The notes beneath the pieces are model-generated. The model was given only the letters and a program-made list of their open reading frames with translations, ran no database searches and was not told the origin of the DNA. Shown here piece after piece: positions 23,275 to 36,300 of a stretch of 64,000 nt of DNA. The DNA comes from Anaeramoeba ignava BMAN. Its lineage: Eukaryota > Protista > Anaeramoebae. The stretch lies in NCBI GenBank assembly GCA_028826165.1, contig JAPDFW010000070.1:496001-560000 (forward strand), written 5' to 3'. Position 1 is the first letter of the stretch; the number at the start of each line of letters is the position of its first letter. The translations under genes and the position numbers were made by a program.

Positions 23275-25290
23275 TTAAATTTTTAAAAAATTCATTTCTT
23301 TTTGTTTTTTTGGATAACGTTTAGGAAGATCATTTTCCCAAAATTTCCAATTTTGCATATGATTTTTATACCATTGAACTAATTTTCAAAAAAAAGAAAA
23401 AGAAATTAAATTAAATTAAATATTAAATATTGAATATTGAATATTAAATATTGAATATTAAATAATAAATATTGAATATTAAATTGAATTAAATATTAAA
23501 TATTGAATATTAAATTGAATTAAATATTAAATATTGAATTAAATTAAATTAAATTAAATTAAATTAAATTAAATTAAATTGAATTAAATTAAATAATAAA
23601 TATTGAATTAAATTAAATTAAATTAAATTAAATTAAATAATAAATATTGAATATTAAATATTAAATTGAATAATGAATTAAATAATAAATATTGAATTAA
23701 ATATTAAATTAAATATTAAATATTAAATTAAATATTAAATATTAAATTGGATTAAATATTAATTTATATAATATTCTTTAAGATTTTATACTTGTTCTAT
23801 CAATTCCTTCTTCAAATTCAATTTTTGGTTTCCATCCTAATTTTTGGAGTTTAGAAGTGTCCATTGTATATTTTATATCATTATATGGACGATCTTTAAC
23901 AAAACGAATATATTTATCTTCTTGGTTTTCCAAATGAAATTTTTTAAGAAGGATTTTTGTTAAATTTAAATTAGAAATTTCAAAATCAGAACCAATATTA
24001 TAAATTTCTCCAATTTTTCCTTTATGTAAAAGAATATCAAAAGCTTGAACAACATCATCAACATAAATATAATTTCTTAAATTAGATCCATTTCCTTGAA
24101 TTGGACATGATTTATTTTGATCTAAAAGACAAATAAATTTTGGAATAATTTTTTCAGGATATTGATTAGGTCCATAAGTATTATTTCCTCTTGTTATAAT
24201 AATTGGAACATGAAAACATTTATAATATGTTTGTACTAATAATTCTGCACCTGCTTTAGATGCTGAATATGGATTTGTTGGTTCAAGTTTTGAGTTTTCT
24301 GTAAATTTTTGCTATTTTAAAATTAAAATTAATATTAAAATTTAATTCAAAATTAAAATTAAAAATTAAATTCAAAATTAAAATTAATATTAATATTCAA
24401 TTTCAATTTTAAAGTACATTTTCTGATAAAGAATCACCATAAACTTCATCTGTAGAAACATGAATAAAACGTTTAATTTTATAATTTTTTGCTGCTTCAA
24501 GTAAAATATGTGTTCCAATTATATTATTTGTAGTAAAATCAAGTGAATTAAAAAAAGAAGAATCAACATCAGAATTAGCTGCAATATGAATAATTGTATC
24601 AATTTTTTCAGATTCTATAATAAAATTTACTAAATCAGATGATAAAATATTTCCTTTTATAAATTTAAAATTTTTCTTTTTTTTTGCTTCTTCTAAATAA
24701 TCTTCATTTGAACAATAATCAATTTTATCAATTGCAAAAATTTTATAATTTGGATATTTTTCTGTTAAATAAACTGTAACATGTGAAGCACTTTTTATTT
24801 TGAAATTAAAAATTAAAATTTCAAATTAAAAATTAAAATTTCAAATTAAAAATTAAAATTTCAAATTAAAAATTAAAATTTAAATTTTAGAATTAATATT
24901 GTACATAAAACCTGCAGATCCTGTAATTAATATATTTTGTGGAATATAAATTTCTTGATTTTCAATTTGATTTATATTTTGATTTTGATTTAAATTTTCA
25001 TTTTGAATTTGATTTAAATTTTGATTTTCATTTTCATTTTCATTTTGATTTTGATTTTGATTTTCAATTTGATTTTGATTTTCAATTTGATTTTGATTTT
25101 CATTTTGATTTATATTTTGATTTAAATTTTGATTTTGATTTTGATTTTGATTTTGATTTAAATTTTGATTTTGATTTTGATTTAAATTTTGATTTTGATT
25201 TTGATTTTCATTTTGATTTATATTTTGATTTTGATTTTGATTTATATTTTGATTTTGATTTATATTTAAATTTTGATTTATTTGAGACAT
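23275..25290 (-). CDS. dTDP/UDP-glucose 4,6-dehydratase (RmlB/RHM-type SDR) with N-terminal QN repeat
   Basis: ILITGSAGFIASH, VSTDEVYG, PTNPYSASKA, NNTYGPNQYPEKIIPKFI. Introns 24791-24904, 24312-24417 and 23379-23791. Confidence 0.92.
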
Positions 25291-25486
25291 TTTTAAATGA
25301 AATTTGCTTTTGAATTGTTTTTAAAAGACTAAAAAAGAAAAAAATGAAAAAAATGAAAAAAGAAAATAATAAAGAAAATTTTTTTTTCTCCTTTATTAAA
25401 AAATAATTTTTTTTCTCCTTTTTAAATAAAAATTTTTTTTTAATTTTTTTTAATTTTCATTTTTTTTTTCCAATTTTTTTATTCTC

Positions 25487-26206
25487 ATGTGCTTTACACA
25501 ACCAATATCATTAATATTCACAATAGCAGGAGTACTTGCATCACAATATTTACGACGAGCAAAACATTTAAAAAATGATCCACGAGTCTGGAGAATGTAT
25601 ATTGGAATGGAGTATTTTACAGCGATGGAATTTCTACAATTTATCCAGTATTTTTGGGTAGATCAATGCGACTCACAAATAAACAAAATCCTCACATGGA
25701 TCGGACTATTCCACATTGCATATCAACCAGTTTTTTCGAATTTAATGACAAGCTATGACATTTTAAAAGAGCATCGATTCGGATATGATAAGTTAGTAAT
25801 TCCAATGTGTGTAATTGCCGGGACTTTTCAGATTAGCCGGATTTTCGGTTATGATATTTTTCCTTGTGATGATATTCAGGATCCTCTCTGTGGAAAAATA
25901 ACTTGCACCTTTACAGGAACTGTCCATTTAAGATGGATTCTCAAGATGCGTGCTCATAGTTATATTACACCTGGTGGTTTTATTCATTCCGTTTTGATGT
26001 TTGTTCCAATGATGATTGCTGGTGCTGCTAAAGCTTCATTTAGTCTTATGCTTACTGGTCCTATTCTTGGTTATATTCTTTCTAGAAATAAGGACGAATG
26101 GGCTTCTATATGGTGCTTCTATTCTGTTGGTCAAGCTATTTTCGGTATTTGGTTGTCCATTAGAAATTATCAACCTGAAAAACATTATAAGGAAAAACAA
26201 GATTAA
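25487..26206 (+). CDS. Intronless multi-pass membrane protein resembling the DUF5765 family
   Basis: MCF start, YFTAMEFLQFIQY, HIAYQP, GTVHLRW, EWASIWCFYS. Several TM helices; higher GC than the flanks. Confidence 0.65.
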   Translation: MCFTQPISLIFTIAGVLASQYLRRAKHLKNDPRVWRMYIGMEYFTAMEFLQFIQYFWVDQCDSQINKILTWIGLFHIAYQPVFSNLMTSYDILKEHRFGYDKLVIPMCVIAGTFQISRIFGYDIFPCDDIQDPLCGKITCTFTGTVHLRWILKMRAHSYITPGGFIHSVLMFVPMMIAGAAKASFSLMLTGPILGYILSRNKDEWASIWCFYSVGQAIFGIWLSIRNYQPEKHYKEKQD

Positions 26207-26443
26207 AAATTTCATAACATTCTTTTTTTCTTTTTTTTCTTTTTTTTTTTTTTTTCTTTCCTTTCTTGTTTTCCGTTTTTTTTTTTTCAAAATCCTTTTT
26301 TTTTTCTTTTTTTTTTAATTTCTAATTAATTTCTAAAGATTGGTTTTATCATTTGAATTTAATCTTAATTTTTATTTTTATTGAAATCTAATAAGAGAAA
26401 AAGAAACAAAAATTGTTTTTATGTTTTTGTTTTCTTTTTTGTT

Positions 26444-29172
26444 TTAATTGTTTTGATTCTTCTTTCCAATTCTTCGATTCTTTTCATCAAAAAGTGATTC
26501 GGTAAAATTTGTTGATAAAAATCTTTTTCTTGTTCCTATTGATTTTTCTTCTTGATTAGAAAAATTATTTCCTAATTTTTTTAATTCCTCTAAAGAATTA
26601 TCATCTAATTTTATTCCTGAAACTTTTACACAATAAAAAATTTTCTCAATATCTAAATCTTTTTCAATTTGAATATTTTCTGATTTCAAAAGAAAAAATT
26701 TTAAATTTTGAAGGAAATTAAATGAATCAATCAATTTTGTAAATAAAATCAATCTTTCTTCCTTTTGATTTTTTTCCATTTGAATTTTTTCTTCCTCTTT
26801 TTTTTTAATAAATTGTCTAAAATTATCATTCAATTTAACAAGCTTCTCATCAATAAACCCTAATTGAGAAATTAATAAATTAGAAAATTCTTCGATTTTT
26901 GTTTCCAATTCACTTGATTTTTCAGTTATAAATTTCGCAGTCTTTTTCTCATCAAAAAATTGATCATTTGATATCACTGCAATAAACTTTTTCAATTCCA
27001 AAAGTGTTAGTAATGTTCTCTTTCGATATTCATTAAGTTTTCCATCATCAAATTCCTTTTCATCAAATTCTTTTTGTTCATCAATATTTTTTTGTTCATC
27101 TTGATTTTTATATTTTTCATTTAAATCTTGAACTTCTTTTTCAAGAAACACATTTTTATTTCGAAGTAAATCCAATTGAGAATTTTGTGATTCAATTTGT
27201 TTTTGTGTTATCTTTCCCTTTTTAATCAGTGATTGATTTTCTTTTTTTGCTTCAAGTAATTGATGCAACAAATCAATAGCTTTTTTACTTAATTTAATTT
27301 CTTCTGAAGTTTGATCAAATTGATTTTGATTTTGATTTTGATTGTGATTTTGATTTTGAATTTTTTTGATTTGCTTTTCTTGCTTTTTGATTATTTTTTC
27401 TTGTTCAATCATTTTCTTGTTTGATTCTTCATATTTTTTTTCCAAATTTTCCTTCTCTTTTTTCAGTTGGAAAATATTTTTCAAAAGAATTTCATTTGAA
27501 ATTTGATCATTTTTCTTGGGATTTAACTGTTTTTCATTCACATCAATTTTTGAATAAATTTTATCATCAAAATCCTGTTCAAGTAATTGATCAATATTGA
27601 TTCCAAATTTGAGCAATTCGTTTTGAAGTTCATTTTTCAAAAATTCGTTATTGTTTTGCTCTCCAAACTTTGTTTTTTTTGGAATTAAACCAGCTTTGGA
27701 CAGTTTTTCATATTGCTCTTGGATAATATTTAAATGCTGATTAGAAAGTTGTTTGAGAATTTCAATCTCTTTTTGGAGTTTGTTTTTTTCCTCTTGAGTT
27801 TCTTCTTTTAATTTCCTTTCTACATTTTTTATTTCTTCTTCTTTTTTCTCTTCAAATTTTTTCATCTGAATCGAAACTTCAACAAATTTTGCATATAATT
27901 CTTGTAAAGATGTAAATTCAAACTTCTCAATTCCATTTTCATTTATGATTTTCGTTAATTGATTGTTTCCATCAGAATTGGTTTTATATCCATTTAAATT
28001 TGATTCAAACAATTCTTTATTATGAGAAAGAAGAATATCCGTTTCTTGCTTTAAATGTTCAAGTTGTTGGCGCAATTCTGTGTTTTCTGCTTTTATTTTT
28101 GTTGAATTCTCTACCATTTTACTTAAATTTTCATTTGAAATTTGCGAGGATTCTTTCAATTTTTCAATTTGAATTTTTTGCTCTTCAAGAAAAACAATTT
28201 TGTTTTCCAATTTTCGATAGAATTTCCAAAAAATTTCTTGTAATTTTTGAATTTCAAGTTTTTTCTTATTCAATTCAATTGTTTGATCCAAAAATTCAGA
28301 GCAAACTTGAGAAAATGATTTATTTTCAACTATTTTGAATTAATTTTTTTTTGAATTGAATTGAATTGAATTGAATTAATTTTTTTTTGAATTAAATTTG
28401 ATTGAATTGAATTAATTTTGATTTACGATTCAAATCACTAATTTCAACTTGCTTTTTTTCTTCTGATTCAAATTCATATTTGCCAAAAAAATCAATCTTA
28501 AACTTTTCCATCTTTAAAATCTCTAAATCTTTTTGCAATTTATTAAACTCAATTCTAATACTCATATTTTGTTGATAAAATCTTTCAATTATTGATTCAA
28601 GTATTTCCTTTTGATTTTTTAAATTGTCTTTTTCTTGAGATAAAGAATCGATTTTCGCATTTAAATCCATCAACTCTTTTGTGTTTTCTTGTAATTTTTC
28701 TTGTTTGTTTTTCATTTTAATAATTTTTAATTGTTTTTGCAAAAAAGAATTTTCTTGTTGTAATTTATCTTTTTCAAGAAGAGTTTTTTGCATTAAAAAA
28801 TTAGGATCTTCTGAGTTTTTTAAATTGGAATCTGTTTCTTGAATTTGCTTTTCAAATTGTTGAATTTTTTCTTGATAAATTTCTTTTTCTTTTTGTAATT
28901 CTTCATTTTTCCCTAAAAAAAAAAGAAAAAAAAAAATTAATTAAAAGAAAATTATTATAATTAAAATTGAATAAAGTTTTTAAGATTGTTTTACGAGAAA
29001 TTTTTGCAATTTCTTTTTGTGAATTTTTATTTTTTTGTGAATTATTTTTTGCAAATTCTAAATAATTTTTTGATTTTATTAATAAAGAATCAATTCCTTG
29101 AAATAAATTATTTTGAGCTTTTTCAATATTTTCAGAGACATTAAGAAGTTTAGAAAGATTTTGAGGATTCAT
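26444..29172 (-). CDS. Long coiled-coil protein, TPR/Mlp1/NUA-like, 3 exons
   Basis: Introns 28913-28994 and 28330-28426 join three ORFs. The segment KSFSQVCSEF..KLENKIVFLEEQK..LRQQLEHLKQETDILL..FEFTSLQELY resembles the conserved TPR block. The gene model is solid; the family call is tentative. Confidence 0.6.
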
Positions 29173-29287
29173 TAAGTAAATTTTTTTTTTTTTGATAAAA
29201 AAATGAAAAAAAAAAAATGATTTTTAATTTTTTCAATTTTAATTTTAATTTTAATTTTAATTTTAATTTTTAAATTCAAATCAATTT

Positions 29288-32200
29288 TCAATTTTGTTTT
29301 TTAGGATTTTTCTTTTTCGGTTTTTTTTTATTTTTATTCTTTTTTTTTGGAATTTGTTTTTTTTGTTCCACTTTTTCTTTTTCTTTTTCTTTTTCTTTTT
29401 CTTTTTCTTTTTCATTTGAATCAAGTTTTGACATTAATTCAGAAACTTGTGTTTTTAAAGAATCTATTTTTTGATTTGAATCTTTTTCAATTTCTTGTTG
29501 TTTTTTTTCTAAAGATTTTAAAATTGGTTTAAAATCTTCTCGATTTTTTAACAATTGAAAATTTAATTGATTAAGAAATTCTTCTTCTTTTTTGATTTTT
29601 CGAAATTTTTTTTCAAGTTCATCTTTTTTTTTTTTCAAATTAACTTTTTGATCCAAAAATGTTTTTTTTTCATTTTCAAGTTTTTGTGAGAATTCTTTTT
29701 CAATTTTTTTCATTTGATCTTCATAAAATTCTGTTTGTATTTGGGATTGAATATTTAATAAATCTCTAAATTCCCATTCAATAGTAGATCTTTTAAAACT
29801 AATAATTTTTCTTTGTAAATCATCTATTGAATTTGAATCATTTTCTGAATTATTTTCTTTACTGATTTCTATTTGAGGATCATTATCTTTAATTTTTAAT
29901 TTTTAATTTTCGATTTTGATTTTAATTTTTAATTTTATAATTTTTAATTTTAATTTTAATTTTAATTTTTAATTTTTAATTTTTAATTTCGATTTTAATT
30001 TTTCAACCTTTTTTTTGAGAAAATAATTTTTCTTCATAACTTTGTGTATAAAAATTCCAAGCGCGTTTAGTTTCTAAATTCATAGTAAAACCATGTTGAG
30101 TATCAAGAAAATGATCATATGAATGACCTCCACTATTTGGATTAAAACATCCAACTTCACCACAAATTAAACAAATCCATAATTGATCAGTTTTTGAACA
30201 TTTATAACACATTAACATTTCAGGCGGAGTCATATAATATCTAATCATAATTATCGGTTCAATTACATTTTGATTTTGAATTTGATTTATTTTGATATTG
30301 AATTTGATTTTGATTTTGAATTTGATTTTAATTTTAATTTTAATTTTAATTTTAATTTTAATTTTAATTTGATTTTGGTTTTGAATTTGAATTTTAATTT
30401 CGATTTCAATTTTGATTTTGATTTTGATTTTGATTTTGATTTTGATTTTGATTTTGATTTTGATTTTGATTTTGATTTTAAATTTGAATTTTGATATTGA
30501 ATTTGATTTTGATATTAATTTTAATTTTGATTTTGGATTTTGATTTAGAATTTAATTTTGAATTTAATTTTGAATTTGAATTTGAATTTGAATTTGATTT
30601 TGGTTTTGATTTTGAATTTGATTTTGGTTTTGAATTTGAATTTGATTTTGATTTTGATTTTGATTTTGATTTTGATTTTGATTTTGATTTTGATTTTAAT
30701 TTTGATTTTGATTTTGATTTAGAATTTTGATTTGGATTTTAATTTTAATTTTAATTTTAATTTTAATTTTAATTTTAATTTGAATTTTAATTTTGATTTT
30801 CATTTTGATTTTAATTTTAATTTTAATTTTAAATTTTAATTTTGATTTTCATTTTGATTTTGATTTTGATTTTGATTTTGATTTTCATTTTGATTTTAAT
30901 TTTGAATTTGATTTTGATTTAGAATTTGAATTTGAATTTTGATTTTGATTTTGGTTTTGATTTTAATTTTAATTTTGATTTTGATTTAGAATTTGAATTT
31001 GAATTTTGATTTTGATTTAAAATTTGAATTTTGATTTTGATTTTAATTTTGAATTTGAATTTGAATTTGAATTTGATTTTGATTTTGATTTTGATTTTCA
31101 TTTTGAATTTGATTTTGATTTTGAATTTGAATTTGAATTTGAATTTCAATTTGAATTTGATTTTGATTTTGGATTCGATTTTGAATTTTATTTTGATTTT
31201 GAATTTGATTTTGAATTTGAATTTGGTTTTGAATTTGATTTTGAATTTTAATTTTAATTGTATTTTAATTTTGAATTTGATTTTGATTTTGATTTAGAAT
31301 TTGAATTTGAATTTGAATTTAATTTTGATTTTGAATTTGAATTTGATTTTGGTTTTTAATTTTGATTTTGATTTAAATTTGATTTTGAATTTGATTTTGA
31401 TTTTGAATTTGATTTTGATTTTGGTTTTGATTTTGGTTTTGATTTTGATTTTGATTTTGATTTTGAATTTGAATTTGATTTGAATTTGAATTTAAATTAA
31501 TTAAAAGATAATTCAACAAACCGACAAACAGGGCAAGTGCTATCACCCCATTGAGAAAGACAACTAATATGAAATTGATGTTTACATTGAGTAATCATTA
31601 TTCCATTTGGATCATTATGAAAAGATTCAAGACAAATTGGACATTTTGATGTATCATTTTCTTCTTGTAAATTATTTGAAGATACTTGAATTCCAGAAAT
31701 AAAATGTAAATTAAATATTTCTTTTGAAATTAGATTAAATGGTTTATTTTGAAATGTTTGATAAAAAGAATCTGCACTTTCTTGATTTTTAAAATCAACT
31801 ACAATTAAATATTTATTAGGCATTCTATGTCTGAATTATAAATAAAATAATAAATAAAATTATATATAAAATTATAAATAAAATATAAATAAAATTATAA
31901 ATAAAATTATAAATTAAATTATAAATTAAATTATAAATTAAATTATAAATAAAATTATAAATAAAATTATAAATAAATTATAAATAAAATTATAAATAAA
32001 TTTATAAATAAAATTATAAATTAAATTATAAATAAAATTATAAATAAAATTATAAATAAAATTATAAATAAAATTATAAATAAAATTATAAATAAAATTA
32101 TAAATAAAATTATAAATTAAATTATAAATAAAATTATAAATAAAATTATAAATAAAATTATAAATAAAATTATAAATAAAATTATAAATAAAATTATAAA

Positions 32201-33208
32201 TAAAATTATAAATAAAATTATAAATAAAATTATAAATAAAATTATAAAATAAAATTATAAATAAAAATTATAAATAATTTATAAATAAAAATTATAAATA
32301 AAATTATAAATAAAATTATAAATAAAATTATAAATTAAATTATAAATAAATTATAAATTAAAATTATAAATAAAATTATAAATTAAATTATAAATAAAAT
32401 TATAAATAAAATTATAAATAAATTTATAAATAAAATTATAAATAAAATTATAAATAAAATTATAAATAAAATTATAAATAAAAATTATAAATAAATTTAT
32501 AAATAAAATTATAAATAAATTTATAAATAAAATTATAAATAAAATTATAAATAAAATTATAAATAAAATTATAAATAAAATTATAAATAAAATTATAAAT
32601 AAAATTATAAATAAAATTATAAATAAAATTATAAATAAAATTATAAATAAAATTATAAATAAAATTATAAATAAAATTATAAATAAATTTATAAATAAAA
32701 TTATAAATAAAATTATAAATAAAATTATAAATAAAATTATAAATAAAATTATAAATAAAATTATAAATAAAATTATAAATAAAATTATAAATAAAATTAT
32801 AAATAAAATTATAAATAAAATTATAAATAAAATTATAAATAAAATTATAATTAAAATTATAAATAAAATTATAAATAAAATTATAAATAAAATTATAAAT
32901 AATTATAAATAAAATTATAAATTAAATTATATTCACTTTAAAATTTGAATTTTAGAAATTTTTGAATGAAAAGTTGAAATAAAATGTAAAAATTCAACAC
33001 CAGAAACATAAGTAGGAACACCAGTTATACATAAAGAAATACTTCTTTCGTTTGGAAGTAAATTTTCATTTTCTAAATTATTATTAATAAGTTGAATAGT
33101 TCCTGTTGTAATTGAAACAGAAGGATTTCCACTATAAAATCTAACTGTAAGAATATTTTCATTATCAATTTTTGGATTAGAAATTTTATGAGTTAAAGAA
33201 TCAGTCAT
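29288..33208 (-). CDS. BRAP: BRAP2/IMP/ETP1-like E3 ligase (BRAP2 + RING-H2 + ZnF-UBP + coiled coil)
   Basis: FYSGNPSV; CPICLE..CKHQFHISCLSQWGDSTCPVCR; LWICLICGEVGC..HSYDHF..H. Introns 31831-32936, 30241-31521 and 29887-30007. Confidence 0.93.
30265..31495. repeat. Intronic (GATTTT/GAATTT)n hexamer array
   Basis: Fills BRAP intron 2; reads AATCAA on the sense strand. Confidence 0.95.
31840..32930. repeat. Intronic 12-bp pure-AT tandem repeat (ATAAAATTATAA)
   Basis: About 90 near-perfect copies fill BRAP intron 1. Confidence 0.97.
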
Positions 33209-33364
33209 TTTTTTTTTAATTTAAAAAAGAAAAAAATGAAAAAAAAAATGAAAAAAAAAATGAAAAAAATAAAACAAACATTATAAAAGAAAAATTAAAA
33301 AAAAATTTTTTTCTTTTTAATTCATTTTTTTTCTTTTTTTTCTTTAATTTTAATTTAAGTTTAA

Positions 33365-36300
33365 ATGGAAAATAATCAAAAAAATTCTTTTTTAAATACT
33401 TTTAATTCAAATTCTTTATTAAATTTTAATCAAAATTTAAGAGAATTTGAAAATCAAAAAAAATTTATTAAAAAAAATCATTTACAAATTCAAAAAAATA
33501 CAAATTTAAACAAAGAATTGAATAATTTGAATAAATTGAATAAAAATTATTTAGAAAAAAATGAATCAAAACAAAAATCTTCTTTAAATTCTTTAGAAAT
33601 CAAAATTTGAACAAAAGAAAACAATTAATTTAAATTATTTCAAACAAAATGAAAATGGAAATGGAAATGGAAATGAAAATTTTAATTTAGATTTAATTAA
33701 TGAAAATCAAAATGAAAATGAAAATCAAAATAAAAATCAAATTAAAAATCAAATTAAAAAAGTTGAATTAACTATTAATCATTCATCTCAAAATTTTCCA
33801 ATTTCAAACTTTAATTCAAATCCAAAATTTTCAAATTTTATAATGAGAAGAGTTTCTCCAAAAAAAATACAAGAAGATCCAATTGAAGATGAAATTCAAG
33901 ATCAAATTAAAATTCAAGATCAAATTGAAAATCAAGATCAAATTGAAAATCAAGATCAAATTGAAAATCAAGATCAAAATTTTAATATTTCTCATAATAA
34001 TATTATTCAAAAAAATTCAATTCATAATCCAAAATTAGTTTTAACTTTTAAAGAGGATCTCAAAAATCAAAATAATCAATTTATTACAAATCAAAATAAT
34101 TTAAATAATATAAATCAAAATAATCAATTTAATTCAAATAATTTAAATAATTCAAATAATATAAATCAAAATAATTCAAATAATTTAAATAATTCAAATA
34201 ATTCAAATAATTCAAATAATATAAATCAAAATAATTCAAATAATTTAAATAATATAAATCAAAATAATCAATTTAATACAAATCAAAATAATTCAAATAA
34301 TTCAAATCAAAATAATCAATTTAATTCAAATAATTTAAATAATATAAATCAAAATAATCAATTTAATATAAATCAAAATAATTCAAATAATTTAAATAAT
34401 ATAAATCCAAATAATCAATTTATTAAATCAAAATAATTCAAATAATTAAATCAAAAAATTAATACAAATCAAAATAATCAAAATAATTCAAATCAAAATA
34501 ATTAAATAATTCAAATAATTCAAATAATATAAATCAAAATAATTCAAATAATTCAAATCAAAATAATTCAAATAATATAAATCAAAATAATTCAAATAAT
34601 TTAAATATAAACAAGCAATTCATTTCAAATAATTTAAATCAAAATAATTCAAATAATATAAATCAAAATAATTCAAATCAAAATAATCAATTTAATTCAA
34701 ATCAAAATAATTCAAATAATTTAAATAATATAAATCAAAATAATCAATTTAATATAAATCAAAATAATTCAAATAATTTAAATATAAACAAGCAATTCAT
34801 TTCAAATAATATAAATCATATAAATCAAAATAATTCAAATGTAAACAAGCAATTCATTTCAAATAATTTAAATCAAAATAATTCAAATGTAAACAAGCAA
34901 TTCATTTTAAATAATATAAATCAAAATAATTTAAATAATTTAAATCAAAATAATTCAAATAATTTAAATCAAAATAATTCAAATCAAAATAATTTAAATA
35001 ATATAAATCAAAATAATTTAAATAATCAACCAATTTTTGAAGAAGTTTGGTACTTAAGAGATTTAAATGAAAAACAAATAGAAGCTGTAAAAAGTGATCC
35101 AAATATTCCATTATTAATTTCAGCAGGTCCTGTAAGCATTATCATACTTTTATTAAGGAATATTATTAAATCATTTTTTTTCTATCTCTCTCTTTCTATT
35201 TAAAATAATAATAATAAAAGGGAAGTGGAAAAACTGCTGTTTTAGTTCGTAGAATTGCTTACTTAATTGAAAATGGTGTAGATCCTTCTAAAGTTTTAGC
35301 AATTACATTTACACGAAAAGCTGCACAAGAAATGAAAGAAAGAGTTGCTGAAATAATTTCATCAGATTTAGCAGAAAAAATTAAAATATGCAATTTCCAT
35401 CAATTATGTTTCCAAATTCTTTCTCAACATTCAGATCTACTTGGATTTTCTAAAAATTTCCAAGTTTGTGATTCTCGAAAACAAAACAGAATCGTAAAAG
35501 AATGTTATCAAGAATGGAAAAAGAAAAAAGAAGTTGCAAATCGATATTCAGCTCTTGAAGTTGAAAATATTAAATCTCCAACAAATAAACAGAAATCAAA
35601 CAAAAAATCAACTGAAAAAACAAATCAAAACTCAAAAAAGAAAAGCGAACAAAAATCACCCACTCCTACAAGAGAAGAAATTCTTGAAAATAATAGAAAA
35701 GAAAAAAGAGTCATTTCTGAATTCACTAATTTTATTAAAAGAGCAAAATCACAACAACAAAAACCAAATGAATTCATTGATGATCACAGATTTATTTACA
35801 ATTTATATGAAAAAAAATTACAAGAAGCTTCAATGATAGATTTCGGTGATTTTTTGATAAAAACCATTGAATTATTCGAAAAAGATCCTTCCGTTCTTCA
35901 AAAATATAAAAGACAATTTAAAATTTTTCTTGTTGATGAATTTCAAGGTAAAGAAGAAAAAAAAATTTTATCTGGATTTTTTGGAAATGAATATGATATG
36001 AAAAATTAAATGATAATATTGTTTTATTTTATTATAGATACAAGTGAAATACAATTCAAATTATTAAGAATGTTAGTTGGTAGAATGTCTAGAATAACTG
36101 TAGTTGGAGATGTTGATCAATGGTAAATAAATTAATTCAATGAGAAAAAAGAAATTCATTTATTTTATAAAAAAACAAAAAAACATAAAAACATAAAAAC
36201 AAATTTTATCTGAAAGTGTTTATTGTTTTCGAGGAGCTTCACCAGAAAATTTTCTTTCTTTTCAAAATTATTATCCAAATTCAAGGCATATCACTCTTAA

